NCBI GenBank assembly: GCA_951406725.2
Contig: OX597821.1
Coordinates: forward strand, 6,138,001-6,202,000
Source of the DNA: Octopus vulgaris
Lineage: Eukaryota
DNA: 64,000 bases
Reading direction: 5' to 3'
Below the pieces are notes generated by a model. That model saw nothing but the letters and a program-made list of their open reading frames with translations. It was not told where the DNA came from and made no database searches. The translations under genes were made by a program, and so were the position numbers. Below, one piece after another: positions 35,601 to 50,854 of this stretch (positions are counted from its first letter, which is position 1; each line of letters starts with the position of its first letter).

Positions 35601-38044
35601 GTAGAGGTAGGGGTCCACCAAGGTTCAGTCCTCAGCCCCCTCCTATTTATCATAGTCCTCCAGGCAATAACGGAGGAATTCAAGACAGGATGCCCCTGGG
35701 AGCTCCTCTATGCTGATAACCTTGCTCTAATTGCTGAGTCACTATCAGAACTAGAGGAGAAGTTTCAAGTGTGGAAACAAGGATTAGAATCAAAGAGCCT
35801 TAGAATCAACCTAGCTAAAACCAAAGTCCTAATAAGTAGGAAGGCAAGCAAACCACAAATCCCTTCAGGTAGATGGCCCTGCTTGATCTGCAGTAGAGGC
35901 GTAGGTAGAAACTATATAAGATGTATCCAGTGTAAACTATGGATACATAAGAGGTGCAGTAATATCAAAGGAAGGCTAACTGGGAAGATATTTTTTGTAT
36001 GTGGCAGATGCTCGGGAGCAATAAACAATGAAAATGCGCAGAGACCAACTTCCGCCACATTCCAGGGAGAAAAACTAGAAGTAGTTGATAGCTTCCATTA
36101 CCTAGGTGACCAAGTCAGTAGCGGAGGAAGGTGCGCTGAAAGTGTAGCTGCTAGAATAAGAATAGCTTGGGCAAGGTTCAGAGAGCTCTTACCTCTGCTG
36201 GTGACAAAGGGCCTCTCGCTCAGAGTAAAAAGTAGACTGTATGATGCTTGTGTACGAACAGCCATGCTACATGGCAGTGAAACATGGGCTGTGACTGCTG
36301 AGGACATACGTAAGCTCGCAAGGAATGAAGGCAGTATGCTCCAATGGATGTGTAATGTCAGTGTGCATACTAGACAGAGTATAAGTACCTTGAGAGAAAA
36401 GTTGGACCTAAGAAGCATTAGATGTGGTGTGCAAGAGTGATGACTGTGCTGGTATGGTCATGTGGCGAGAATGGACGAGGATAGCTGTGTGAAAAAGTGC
36501 CACACCCTAGTGGTTGAGGGAATCTGAGGAAGAGGTAGACCCAGGAAGACCTGGGATGAAGTGGTGAAGCACGACCTTCGAACATTAGGCCTCACCAAGG
36601 AAATGACTGGCGACCGAGACTTTTGGAAATATGCTGTGCTTGAGAAGACCCAGCAAGCCAAATGAGACCATAACCTGTGGCCTATGCCAAGAGCGTAACC
36701 AGCCTGCTTATGCATACCTTTTCCTTCTTTGGACACTAAAACTCTGCTTGCGAAGACCTGTTGAGGCAAGTGAAATCAAATCAAATTCGATGACTGGCAT
36801 CCATGCTAGTGGGGTGCAAAGAGCACCTTACAAGTGTGATCGTTTGACAGAGTGGCGAACCGGCTTCCGTGCCAGTGGCACATAAAAGGGCACCATTTGA
36901 GTGTGATCGTTACCAGCGTTGCCTTACTGTCACTTGTGCCTGTGCTAGTAGGGTGCTAAGAGCACCATCCGAGCATGATCGTTGCCAGAGCAGCCAACTG
37001 GCTTCCGTGCCAGTGACATGTAAAAGGGTACCATTCAAGCTTGATCGTTACCAACGTCGCCTTAATGGCACCTGTGCCGGGGGCATGTGTAAAATGATTC
37101 GAGCGAGGTCATCGCCAGTACCACCTGACTGGCCCCCATGCTGGTGGCACGTAAAAAGCACCCACTACACTCTCGGAGTGGTTGGCATTAGGAAGGGCAT
37201 CCAGCTGTAGAAACTCTGCCAGATCAAGATTGGAGCCTGTTGCAGCCATCTGGTTCGCCAGCCCTCAGTCAAAATCGTCCAACCCATGCTAGCATGGAAA
37301 GCGGATGTTAAACGATGATGATGATGATGATGATTGTTCAATGTGTTTTCTGTTTTTTAAGATGGCAGCATTTGATTAGAATGAAATTTGGCTGCTATTT
37401 CAAGTAGATCAGGCAATTTTGTAAAGAATCCTTGTAGAGACCAACATCATCATCATTTAATGTCCTTTTTTCCATGCTTGCAAGAACAGATGAACCAGAG
37501 AGCTACACCAGATTCTGTTTCTACTTTGGCGTGGTTTTACTACTGGATGCCCCTCCTAATTTGGCCAAACACTTAACAGAGTGCACTGGGTACTTTTTAC
37601 ATGGCACCAGCATCAATGAGGTCACCAGGTACCCAGAAATGGGTCTGATTTGGGGAAGAAATTTTCCTTCCCTTTTTTTCCCTTCTTTTTTATTTTCCTA
37701 TTTACATATAATTTTCTTGTTAAAGTATTGCTTTCTGGAAAAGTTAAATTATCTTTTTTTTTTATCTGACAGGATATTTGGTTCCAAGCTTTGATGATTC
37801 TTTTAAAAAACTTATGGAAAAACTGGCCACTATTGATGAGTCTTCAGCTGTGTTAAGCATATGTCGTGGTGTGTATAGTATTCTCAGTAAGGACTACAAG
37901 ATGGCAACAGAGCATTTCAGAGAAGGTTTGTATTCATATTAATTTACTACTACTACTGCTTCTTCTTCTTCTTCTTCTTCTCCTTCTCCTCCTCCTCCTC
38001 CTCCTCCTTATTATGATGTAAACCATTGTGGTTAATAAAGAAAC

Positions 38045-38075
<31 letters not shown>

Positions 38076-38277
38076 GAGGGTAATGAGCTGGCAGAATTAT
38101 TAGCATACCTGGTAAAATGCTTTGTAGCATTTTGTCCGACTTCGTGTTCTGAGTTCAAATTCCTCCAAGGTTGATTTTGCCTTTCATCCTTTCGGGCTCG
38201 ATAAAATAAGTACCAGTTGAATACTGGCATCAATGAACTTGCTGGCCTTGTGCCAAAATTTGAAACCATTATTATTA

Positions 38278-38321
<44 letters not shown>

Positions 38322-38832
38322 GAGTGAGAGAGCAGTTCATGCCATCAAAGTGACACTGGGGTAAAATATACGAAGCCCAGTATACCCATTGTGACTACCT
38401 GTCTGATAAGGGTACACCAGGTACATGCATCACAACCATATGTGCGCGACATGGTGATCTCATATCAAGATAAACAGCGCATGACCTTGCAAGTGGGGCC
38501 CAGTTAGAATTTTCTTCTGGTCGAGTAACCCATCCTGCTCAAAAGGTCCCTGAATAAGGATTGTTTAAGGATGTTGAACAAACCACCCATGTTTCCAAAG
38601 GTGAATTATCCAAACCTCTAAGAATTCCTTTCAACACACAGCTATGATGCTCCCCCACTACTTCTGCTCGTGATCAGAGATGCACATAACGTGAGCCGCT
38701 AAGGGACATGGTCAAATGGTTAAGGTCAAACAACTGACAAGCAAATCTGTGGTATTGAGCAGAATATTTGCTGTAGCCCTTCTTTTATACCAAGACAAAA
38801 CAATGTACATGATAACATTATTATCATCATCA

Positions 38833-38880
<48 letters not shown>

Positions 38881-41800
38881 CCTCTGCATTAGTGAAGGTG
38901 GAGGTGTTGTTTTCAGTCCTGTTTACTTGTTTGTCCGTGGACAAGATATCCCAAGAACCGCTGGATGAATTTGGATGAAACTTTCAGGCATGTTTGACCT
39001 CGTGTCTGGCACGAACTGATTAGATTTTGGGACTGATCCAGTACTGGACAAGGATTCTGGATTATTTTTCTGGATTTTTTACTTAATTTTTGATAGCGGT
39101 CGGGTCCATTTTTAGTATTCTCATTTGTGAGAGCAGTCAAGTTTATTTCAGATATTCTCGTTTTAAAAATCATCTCTGGCTAATCATTGAGAGGACGTTG
39201 GTGTTGCCTTGGTGGAGGTCTGCGCTCTCTGAATGTTCTTGTTATTATTATTTTTTGGAAAATTGCCAGCGGTGTTAGTGCCATATTGTAAACCAAATGC
39301 CTTGTAGTATTTATTCTGGCTCTTTATGTTCTGAGTTCAAATCACACTGAACTCAACTTTGCCTTTAATTCTTTTGGAACCAATAAAAAAAAATACTTGT
39401 CTGGTACTGGGATTAATGGTATAGACTATAACCTCTGCCCTGCCTCAAATTACAAACCTTTTTTTTATGCTAGAAGCAATTATTTAAGAACAGTGGATTG
39501 GCAGAATTATAAGATTGTTGGAAAAACCTCAGACCATGTTAAGAAAATATTGACATTGAACGGAGACACAAAACCTCAGAAATGGAGTACAGGTAGATTA
39601 TGTCAACTGCAGTACTTGTATGGTACTTTCTTTTATTGATTCTGGGTAAGATGAAACAAAGGTAACTTTAGCAGGATTTAAACCAAGACACCATCCATTA
39701 AAAAATTTTTGATGTAGTGTTGGATGAAACCTTAACATGCCATTGCCAGGTGTTCTTTGGTGCTTCTAAGGTGGTTGTAGGCCTCCATATAAGATAATTG
39801 TTGGTTGGATGGAGTGCGCCTTTTGTTGAGTGATTAGCTTTAACCATTGGTCCTTATGTAGAATTTGAACATGGAATGCAAATAGCTGGCATAGGTACCA
39901 GCTATCTGGTATCTAATCAGACTTTCTAATGATTCTGTCAATTCAACATCCTGGCCTAATCCTCTATTGACCCTAAAAGGTTGAAAGATGAAACTGATGT
40001 TTGTATGATTTGACCTCTGTACAGATAGTACTAGAATAATTACTCCAAGGTATTCATTCTACCAAATGCTTTAATGCTTGCCAGTTTACTGCCTTAACAT
40101 AAATAGAATAACTATTAAGATATTTCTGTTTCCATTTTTCCTCTTCAAGGTCTGGAACGAGATCCGCTGTTGTTCTGTGCTCATTACTACTTGTCATTGT
40201 CCTTATATTACCTCCACGATAAAAACCTCGTTGACAAAGCCAGTAATATTGGTAAGTAATTCACTCTTCTACTTCTATTTTCTGATATTTCTCAAACATT
40301 GAGGGCAGTGCTTTCATTCCATCATGTTTCATCAATATGATCATAATACCCTTTCTTTCTCTTTCATCCTCCAAACCCCCTTTTGGCTGCACCATTTCTT
40401 CCTCTACTTGAAGATATTCTGTTAAACTTGCCACTCTTCTTGTGTTACTTATATTGGTTCTCTGTTTATGTTTGTCTCTCTGTCTGTTTGTCCATCACTA
40501 TCTCTGTGAGATCCAGTACTATATCTTTGTGCCTGTATGCATGTGTGTTTAGTCCAGTACTACATCTATATTAGTGAACATGTATGGCATAGTGGTTAGG
40601 ATGTTGCACTTATGATCATGAAATTGTGGTTTCAATTCCTGGATGGGCTGCGTATTTTTTTTCTTGAGCAAAACGCTTCATTTCATGTTGCTCATGTTCA
40701 CTCAAACATTTCTTTGAAATTTTGCCCAGCCTCCAGATCTTGAGGAAGTAGCATAGACATTTGTTGACAAAGGTCTGTAGCTTACTCTTTATGGCTTTGG
40801 TGACCCTCCAAACTTAGTGACCCGTAAAAAAGAATGGCCTTGATGTTGGAATTGAAGATGCAGAGATCAATAAGTAACTTGCAAAACAGGAAAAGCGCAG
40901 GAATAAATCCTTGACTAAGTTTGTGTATATGTGGGGGAGAGTATTTGGAAGTGGTGAGGGTTTGCTTTATGCCAGGTGTTGAGGGGTTAAAATATGATAA
41001 AGGGACACGCACAGGTGTCTTGCTATAGAGAGAGAAAATACATGGCTGCCCCACATTATATAAGGGTGGATGGGGTAGCTGAAAAGATGAAAATGGTAGT
41101 GAAGGGGCTCCAGAGTGAACTGTCAAGATGCAAGAAGGTGACCATAAGAAAGGATATAAATAAAGGATCATGATGGGGGTGGGGATGGAGAAGGTGGTTT
41201 CATAAGAGTGTGAAGAAAGAGTATTTATGTTGTGTTTGTCTGTGTCTACGTTTGAATGTATATGAATGCTTATATCACTAAGAGTTTGTATGTGCTAAAG
41301 AATATGGTGTTACCAAAAAGTTCCCTGACTAGTTCTGTAGCGTGCCAACAGATGGCAGCACATGGTTGCGTGCACAGTGAGAGCGAGCAGTGACCTTCAT
41401 GAGGCAGTGTGTTGAGTGACATCACTGTGTTTACTTTGCAAGTTGTGAAATTTGTGTTTTTGTGATCAAATGTTTGGCTGTAGCCTGCAATTTTCTCAAT
41501 GACAGGAATAAAGAGCCAACATGAAATTCTGAGTTAAACTTGGGAAGTCAGCTACAGAGACATGGAGCATGCTTTGGCAAGCTTATGCTGATGGGTCGTA
41601 TGTAATGTTTTGAGTGGCATGGGTGCTTCAAAAGTGAAAGAATATCCCTGGAAGACAATGAGCGATCTGGAAGACCTGCCACGAGTCACCCCCGCAAATG
41701 TGCTATTGTGCATCAAGAATTTGTTCCCCAGGACCAGACTTTCAATCGAGAGTTCTACTGTGATGTTTTGAAGTGTTTGAGGGAGGACATTTAGCAAAAG

Positions 41801-42701
41801 TGACCAAGTCTGTGGAGTTTGAAGAATCGGATTCTTCATGATGACAATGCACCTAGATCTCCTCACTCATGAGTTTCTTGCCAAAAACAACCTGGTGTTG
41901 CTTCTGCACCTGCCTTATTCACCAGATTTAGCACCTGTGGACTTCTCCACAGAAGCTCAAAGGTCACTGTTTTAACACCGTTGTCAAGACCCACAGCAAA
42001 TCGCAGAAGGTCCTTGACTCACTTATAGAAAACGACTTCCAGGTTGGATTCCAAAAGTGGTAGGAAAGCTGGGACAGGTGTATTGCTGTGCAAGGTGACT
42101 ATTTTGAAGGAGATGATGTTAAAACTTAGGTAAATAAGTTATTTCTTCTAAAACATAACTAGTCTTGGAACTTTTTGACACCACCTCATATGTGTGTGTA
42201 CAGGTATGTCTTTACATGTGTATGTGTGGAACATATCTCAGGTTGGCAGCTGAGCTATTCAGTTTCACATCTGCCTTTGTATGGTTTCACTCAGTCCAAT
42301 AATTAACTAATTAATATATTATTTTTCAGGAATCAAAGCTTCTCAGAAGAAAACTGGACGATTAACTGTGCCTGTTAACCAGTTGACAACTGGTCTGTAC
42401 CTATTGCAGGCCAAAATGTCCATGGAAAACACATCCCTTGGTGTGTTAAACAACATGGTGAAACTTCTGATTGACGTAAGTCCTTGATCAATGTTTCTGT
42501 GCACATCCATACTTGTGTGTGTGTGTGTCTATTTATGCATTCATGTGTTGGTCTGTGGTTGAGAAGCTTGCTTCCCAACCATGTGTTCTTGGGTTCAGTC
42601 CCATTGCAAGACACCTTAGGTAAGTGTCTTCTACTATAGCCCCAAACCAACCAAAGCCTTGTGAGTGGATTTTGATAGACAAAAACTGAAAGAAGCCCAC
42701 C

Positions 42702-42744
<43 letters not shown>

Positions 42745-45221
42745 TATATATACACACACATACACGCACACATTTCTAAATGTAACCACATGTGAATCGT
42801 TGGCGAATTTTTTTTTCTTCCGTCTTCTTTTTCTATTGGACTTTCCTCTGTTTCTGAAGAAGAGCTTTGCTCAAAACGTTAAACCACCTGTCTTTCCTTC
42901 CCTGAGGGACTGCTAATACTTTACATGTACCACATCCTCACATTGTTGTTTTTGGTAGAATACCCAATTATTAATACACAAGTGGTTTTTTATTGCATTG
43001 CAATTACTTTACCGAGTGTACTAAATGGGTGAAGGCAAAGAGTTATTTTACCATTAATTTATACAGCAATAAGAAAATGGAGGGGATCAGTAGGTGGTAG
43101 TCATCAACTTTTAGACGATATATTAGGTCAGTTTATTTATTCATTTACTAAAATGACAATTATAACAATATACATACATGTATAACATATTATGCTTTAC
43201 ATATATAATATATAAAGATATCAGTAATTATTAAAATATATAACATACAAGAATAGAAATTGGAATAATATCTTACAGCTGTTTCAGCCTAGAGGCAAAA
43301 ATGCCTCATTCTACCTTTATCCCTCCAGTAGACTGAAGTAATTAGTAGATGAAAGTGAGGTACTTGGGTGTTTCTCTAGGCTTTGTCAGAGATTTCCTAA
43401 TGCCAACCACTCTGAGAGTGTAGTGCATGTTTTTTATATGCCACCGGCACGGAGGCCAGTCAGGTGGTACTGGTATCGATCACACTCGAATGGTGCTTCT
43501 TATATGCCACCGGCACTGGCAATGACCACAGTCAAATGGTGCGTTTTATGTTCCACTGGCATGGGACACATACATACACACACACATATCTGTGTGTGTG
43601 TGTCTTGGTGTTTGTTCCCAACCACTGCTTGATAACTGGTGTTGGTTTATTTACATCCTCATAACTCAGGAGTTCGGCAAAAGACACTGATAAATGAAAT
43701 GCCAGACTTAAAAAAATATACACTAGGGGCAATTCATTTAACTAAATCTTTCAAAGACTGAAACAAGTGAAATAAAAGAAAGATGATTGATAGAAATTGC
43801 AGATAAATCTTCCTCAAACTATTCATTACCAACTTAGAAAAAAAAATCATAATTAGAATTATAAATTTATTTCTTAAAAACATTTTGATTTAGAAAAAAG
43901 AAGAAAAAAAGACAAGTTGATCTTGGTAGGCAAATGGAAAAATGCAAAATATTTAATTGGAAAAATGTAAATATTAATTCCAGATCTTGCTGAACATGGA
44001 GCAAATAATGATGTTTGTTTTTATCAGTTGGCACATATAAGCACTGATCAGCAAGCAAGTTAAGGGCTGAAAGTAAAAACAAAGCCAGCAGCTTTGTTTA
44101 GGTGTAGAGTTCCAGCTGCTTCTAACTGATGAGATGCAGCATGTTGAAATACTGATGTCCCAGAATGCAGTGCAACAGTGAGTCAAGACTGTTGTTGCAA
44201 AATGGAGGAGTTAGTCTCCTGTGATGTACACTACAGCATCCTGTATATTTTGCATCAAAACCTGATTAGATGTGTTAATGATAGATATGCAAATATTCAT
44301 TCCATTATCTCACTGTAGATGGTGCAAATAATGATTTTTTTTTTTAGTTAAAAAGTTGACACAGAAAAAACACCCAAACCAGCCCCAATCATCATCATCA
44401 TCATCGTTTAACGTCTGTTTTCCGTGCTAGCATGGGTTGGACGGTTCGACCGGGGTCTGGGAAGCCAGGGGCTGCACCAGGCTCCAGTCTGATCTGGCAG
44501 TATTTCTACAGCTGGATGCCCTTCCTAACGCCAACCACTCCGTGAGTGTAGTGGGTGCTTTTTACGTGACACCTGCACAGGTGCCAGCGGGGTCCGGCAT
44601 TGGCCACGATCGGTTGGAGCTTTTAACATGCCACCGGCACAGGAGCCAGCCAAGGCGGCGCTGGCAACGGCCACGTTCGGATGGTGCTTTTTATGTGCCA
44701 CCGGCACAGAAGCCAGTGTTGAAAAAATTCAAACATGACAACAGCAATAACTGCATAAAACAGAGAATAAAAGCATCAAAAACAAAAACCAAAAAAAGAG
44801 AGAGAGAGAAAAAGCAAGAATTTTGTTAGCAAAATCTTAAACAAATGCAACCTGTTCGTACAAACCTTCAGAAGCCACCCAGAATCATAAGTGAACATAA
44901 AGAAACCGGGAAACAGCAGCCTAAATCCTTTAAATTACATTTTGCTGACTTAAAAAACAGAAGGACACATGAGATAATACAATCCTAGGTATAGGCACAA
45001 ATGTGGCTGTGTAGTAATATATTTGCTTCCCAACTATATGGTTCTGGGTTCAGTCCCACTGTGTGGCACCCTGGGCAAATGCTTTCTAATATCTAATATT
45101 TCTCTATCTTCTCTCTGACTATGTCTCTATTTCTCTCCTTCTCTTTCCTCCTTATGTGTAATACTTCTATATCTTCATATCTTATATCTGTCTAATTACA
45201 TACCTGTTTCTATCTGTTTGT

Positions 45222-45258
<37 letters not shown>

Positions 45259-48200
45259 CAAAAATGCACATATAATGGATCACACATACCTGAAGCCACA
45301 CATTACACAAAGACAGACACACAAATGAATACATGCAAATAGAAGTACAGACACAATGTCACACACACACACACACACACACATACACACACACACTTGC
45401 ACACATACATCCAAAAGTATGTAGATACATATACACCTTCCATACACACACACACACACATATACACACACATGCATTCTTACATACATTTATACATTGT
45501 GAGATTTATTGGAAAACCTTGACCGAATTTCCCTTGTTGCCATAATATTGATTCCCTTCAACGATTATTACCGATGCAGTAACAGTTGATTACATACACA
45601 TAATGAATGGATGTGTGTGTGTGTGTGTACCTATTATTACTGATTCAATAGCAATTGTTTATACATTTGGCACATGCATACATCTTTAAATATACATATG
45701 TACATGTGTTATTACTGATGCAAATGGCTAATTTATGCGTACTGGGATGGCTGTGTGGTTAAGAAGTTCGCCTTGCAACTGTAAGGTTTTGGGTTCAGTC
45801 CTACTGCACAGCACCTTGGGCAAGTGTTTTCTGCTGTAGCCCTGGGCCAGCTAATGCTTTACGAGGGAATTTAGTAGAGGGAAACTGTGTGGAAGCCTGT
45901 TTGTGTGTGTATGTATGTACACACAACTGTAGCTGTGTGATTAGAAACTTGCTTCCCAAACACATGGTTCTGGATTAAGTCTTGCTGCAGGACACCTTCT
46001 GCAACTATCTTCTACCATAGCTTTTGGCCAATCCAAGCTTTGTAAGTGGATTTGGTAGATGGAAACTGAAGGAAGCTCGTTGTGTGTGTGTGTGTGTGTG
46101 CATTTATATATGTATAATTCCAAGAGAGTTAGGTTGTGAATCCCACACATACATATATGTATATATGTATCATCATCATTGTTTAACGTCTGCTTTCCAT
46201 GCTAGCATGGGTTGGATGGTTCGACCGGGGTCTGGGAAGCCAGGAGGCTGCACCAGGCTCCAGTCTGATCTGGCAGTGTTTCTACAGCTGGATGCCCTTC
46301 CTAACGCCAACCACTCCGAGAGTAGTGTAGTGGGTGCTTTTTACGTGCCAGGCGAGGCTGGCAACGGCCACAATCGGTTGGTGCTTTTTATGTGCTACCG
46401 GCACGGAGGCCAGTCGAGGTGTGCTGGCAACGGCCACGTTCGGATGGTTCTTTTACGTGCCACCGGCACTGGTATCACAACTACAATTTCCATTAACACT
46501 CACACTTACATAAATTCTCATAACTGTATACATGCATTCTCTTGTTATAGACGGAAAGCAGCAACATTGAGATTCAGATAACTCTTGCCTATCTTTACAT
46601 CAAGTTAGAAAAATACCAAGAGGCTGAGGTAAGTACATCTGTTTCCTTCCTATTCATCCATGGTTCACTACATATTCACTTCCTATTCACTACATGTTAA
46701 CTACCAACTTTTTATGAAATAATGTAGCTAATTAATATTCTTTTCTACACTAGGCACAAAGCACGAAATTTTGGGGGAGGGTTGGGTGAAGTCGATTAGA
46801 TTGACACCAGTATGCAACTGGTACTTAATTTATCGACCCTGAAAGGATGAAAGGCAAAGTCGACCTCAGCGGAATTTGAACTCAGAGCATAAAGACAGAT
46901 GAAATAATGTTAAGCATTTCGCCCAGCATGCTTACGTTTCTGCCAGCTTGCTGCCTTAATGTAGCTAATGGATATTACCCCATCTTCATTGTTTCTTTCC
47001 TCTGTTTTCACTTAAGCCTTTAGTATTCGATTACTCTGTCAAATATAAGGCTGTATTTATTCACATTATTTTGAATGAACTATGCAGCATCTTGTAGCTT
47101 TGAGATTTCAGTGATTAATTCATCTCTAACCACTGAAGGCTTTTATTGAGTTTTCATTTTTACAGTTAATTCTTTAAAATCCAGCTAGTAGGATGTTAAA
47201 ACTGAAACTTAATATTATCTCCGGAGCTGCACTTAGTAACTGTGAAAGCTGTTGTTTGGTCACCATGCCAGTGTTCCACAGCCTTTTTTCACTTGTGGTA
47301 CACTTTTTATTTTTTTCAAAATTCGGCAGCACGCCCGAACTAAAAGTATGGAGAAAAAAAAATTATATTCCGGCTACATTGTGGCACCAGGTTACACAGC
47401 AGCATACCTAGCATTGTTTTGTGACACACCAGTTGTGGAGCATTGCTCTATGCCAGTCATGAGTAAACTGTGGCTTGTGGGACTTTGAGTTGCATCTTCA
47501 ATGGAAAATTACATTGAATTTTTAAATAGTATGGCCTGCTTTTTGATAAAGGTTGCCCATGCTTGCTGTATGCAGTCTTTTCATCTGTTAGAAACAGCAG
47601 CCAAATTTCTCTCAAATTACATCTACCTTGACTGTCTAAATAATAATTAAAAAAAAAAAAGGTAGGGAAGAACACCATATTGGAGAATATAGTCCTGGAT
47701 ACTCAAAAAGATGAAATGGTCATGGCTGGAATACTGTTGATTAAAAGTATGCTTGATGAGGGCTGAACTGTAAAAACAATAACTGATTTCACTGTTATTT
47801 AGTATCTTATCACCAAACCAAAAATTTCTAAATTACTGACATCATGAATGTAACTCTACATGGTCAAACATGTGGTGGTCATGAATAAATCTTCTCTTGT
47901 GGTAGTTTTATAGAAACAAACTAAAGTAAAACAAACAAAAAAAAGAACAAAAATACATAACTATTTGCTCTTGTCTTGTGTTCTTGAAGGAGTGTGTGGA
48001 GGAACTTGCTGAATCAGAATCTGCTGAGGTTGTTGCCCTCAAAGGTTGGCTGCTCTTTCATCAGGGGAATTACGAAGCTGCCTTGCAGAAGTGAGTATAT
48101 ATTCTTTTATTTTACTTGTTTGTGTCATCAGACTGATAAATTTTCTATGGCTGGATCTGCTTCCAGTCCCTGACATTACAGACTGTATTGGCTGCATTTT

Positions 48201-50808
48201 ATCATGCCACCAACCCTTAATGACTCCTAATGATGGAGAACCCTTCACTACTGTAAGTAGTTCTAGCACTGTGTAAGTCATCGGTGCCTGTTGGCTTGTA
48301 GTTCTTAAGTTCAATTTACTGGACTGGAAGTGTTAGCTGCCATAGACTAGCATCCTATCAGAGAGAGATTTATCTTTCATCTACTTAATTCTGTTGAAAC
48401 CAGAGATGAATTCTGGTGCTGTGGATGTTTGTAATTTGGTAAAAGGATTTAGGCTTAGAAATTGTTTTGAGTAAGTCTTAAGAATTGAGATTGTCCGCTG
48501 TTTCTTTATCTAACTTTCTTGAAAGGAAGACAGCTGTGTAAAGAAGTACTGATCCCTAACTGTGGAGGAAACCTGTAGAAGAGGTAGATCCAGGAAGACA
48601 TGGGATGAGGTAGTGAATTATGATCTTCGAATGTTGAGTCTCACGGAGGTGATGTCAAGTTACCAAGACCTTTGGTGATTTGCTGTGCTTGTGAAGACAC
48701 ATCAAGTGGAATCGTAGTTGTGGTCAGTGCTGGTGACATAAAAGGCACCTGTGCCAGTGACACTTTAAAAGATACCTGTGCTGGTGACACATAAAAAACA
48801 CCCATGACGGTGACACTTTAAAAGGCACCTGTGCTGGTGACACTTAAAAGGCATCCATATCGGTGACATATAAAAGGTACCTGTGCCAGTGACATGTAGA
48901 GGGCATCTGTGCTGATGACATGTAAAAAGCATCCAGTACACTCTGTGGAGTGGTTGGTGTTAGGAAGTGCATCCAGCCATAGAAAACATACCAGAGCCTG
49001 GTACAGCTCTGTGGATGACCAGTTCCAGTCAAACCATCTTACACATGCTGGCATAGAAAACAGATGCTTAATGGTGTTGGTGGGGGGGTGGGGGTGACAA
49101 CAGCAGCAGCAGGAGGCGCAATGGCCCAGTGATTAGGGCAGCAGACTCGCGGTCGTAAGAACGCGATTTTGATTCCCAGACTGGGCATTGTGAGTGTTTA
49201 TTGAGCAAAAACACCTAAACTCCACGAGGCTCTGGCTGGAGGTGGGGGTGGGGCGTCGATGAACCCTGCTGTACTCTTTCACAACAACTTTCACTTTTTC
49301 TTCCTACTTCTGCTATAAAGCAGAGGAACCATGGTGTAACCCACTATGGTGTGGTAAACTTTCAGACCCTAGTCTAGATTGCAAATCCTGTTTACCCCAG
49401 GATGGTTCAGCACTCCACCCGTTAAAAGCCACTGTTTACGGATAACAACGTAGCTTTTACGCCCGTACAACTGCTAGTCTTTCACATGTGGTGAGTGGAT
49501 CTTCAAGTTACCACACGCATCCTTAGTAGCTTAGAGTAGGCTTGAATTAGAGATTATCCTTTGTGGCTAATGGCGTGAGTCCTGATTGAAAGAAGAAGAC
49601 AGCAGTGGCAAAGAAGAAGTTTGCGTGCTATGAGGATGGTGAATTCTGATGTTTGGGAATGAGACCTTCTTCAATGATCAGTTATGTATGCATTGTATAT
49701 GCTTGTGTTGGAACTGGTGACAGTTTGCTGTTGACAGTTTGCCTCAATAAGTGTCATCTAACACAATGGTTCCCAGAGTAGGCAGCATTGTTCCCACTGG
49801 GGGTGGTGGAAAGTTCCAAGAGGCCGTTGAAGAAAAGTGGGGTAATAATGGGGTAGTGATTCATGTAGACATAACAAAATAATGGGTTCGTTAGGTTAAA
49901 TTATATTTGAATTTGCTTCAGAAGGGAGTCTATGTTTGTGATGGATAGTTGGGGGTGGGGACACTAGGAATGTAGCCTGGGTGTCAAGGGGGTGGCAGCC
50001 TGTAAAAGTTTGGGAACCATTCTTATTTCTTTATTGCTCACAAGGGGCTAAACACAGAAGGGACAAACAAGGACAGTGCGTAACTGGTACTTAATTTATC
50101 GACCCCGAAAGGATGAAAGGCAAAGTCAACCTCGGTGGAATTTGAACTCAGAACGTAACGGCAGATGAAAGCTAAGCATTTCACCCGGCGTGCTAATGTT
50201 TCCTCCAGCTTGCTGCCTTTTTGGAACCCCGTTTGGGAACCCCGTTTGGGAACCCTTCTGACACATGCTAGCAATTGAAAATGTTTTATTTTTTTTATCT
50301 TTCATCTTTTACTTGTTTTAGTCATTGGACTGTGGCCATGCTGGGGCACTGTTTTAAGTCTGGTACTTATACTTTTGGCCTCTTTTGCTGAACTGCTAAG
50401 TTTCAGGGATGTAAACAAACGAAGATGGTTGACAAGCAGTGAGAGGGACAAATGCAAACACAAAGACATGCATACACATGCCACACACATATACTTAGAC
50501 ATGCACACACAGTTTCTATCTATCAAATTCAAGCAAGATGGTTACCAAGTAGTGAGGGGGACAGATACACACACAGACACACACACACACTTACAAACAT
50601 GCACACGCGCACACACACTCTTTCTCACACTCACACACACATGACAGGCTTCCACACAGTTTCCATCTACCAAATTCAAGCAAGACGGGTACCAAGTGGT
50701 GAGAGGAACAGATGCAAACACACAGGCTTCCACACAGTTTCCATCTACCAAATTCAAGCAAGACAGTTACCAAGTGGTGAGAGGGACAGATGCAAACACA
50801 CACACACA

Positions 50809-50854
<46 letters not shown>

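Noticed and set aside
43984-44300. Extra TTC37 exon, C/D snoRNA or hammerhead (CTGATGAG...GAAA)
   Set aside because: The frames examined after the AG hit stops, exons 10 and 11 already join colinearly, box C is imperfect and the stems do not form.
49310-49660. Possible LINE 5'UTR with an HDV-like ribozyme
   Set aside because: I could not build the nested double pseudoknot by eye; it needs a descriptor search.
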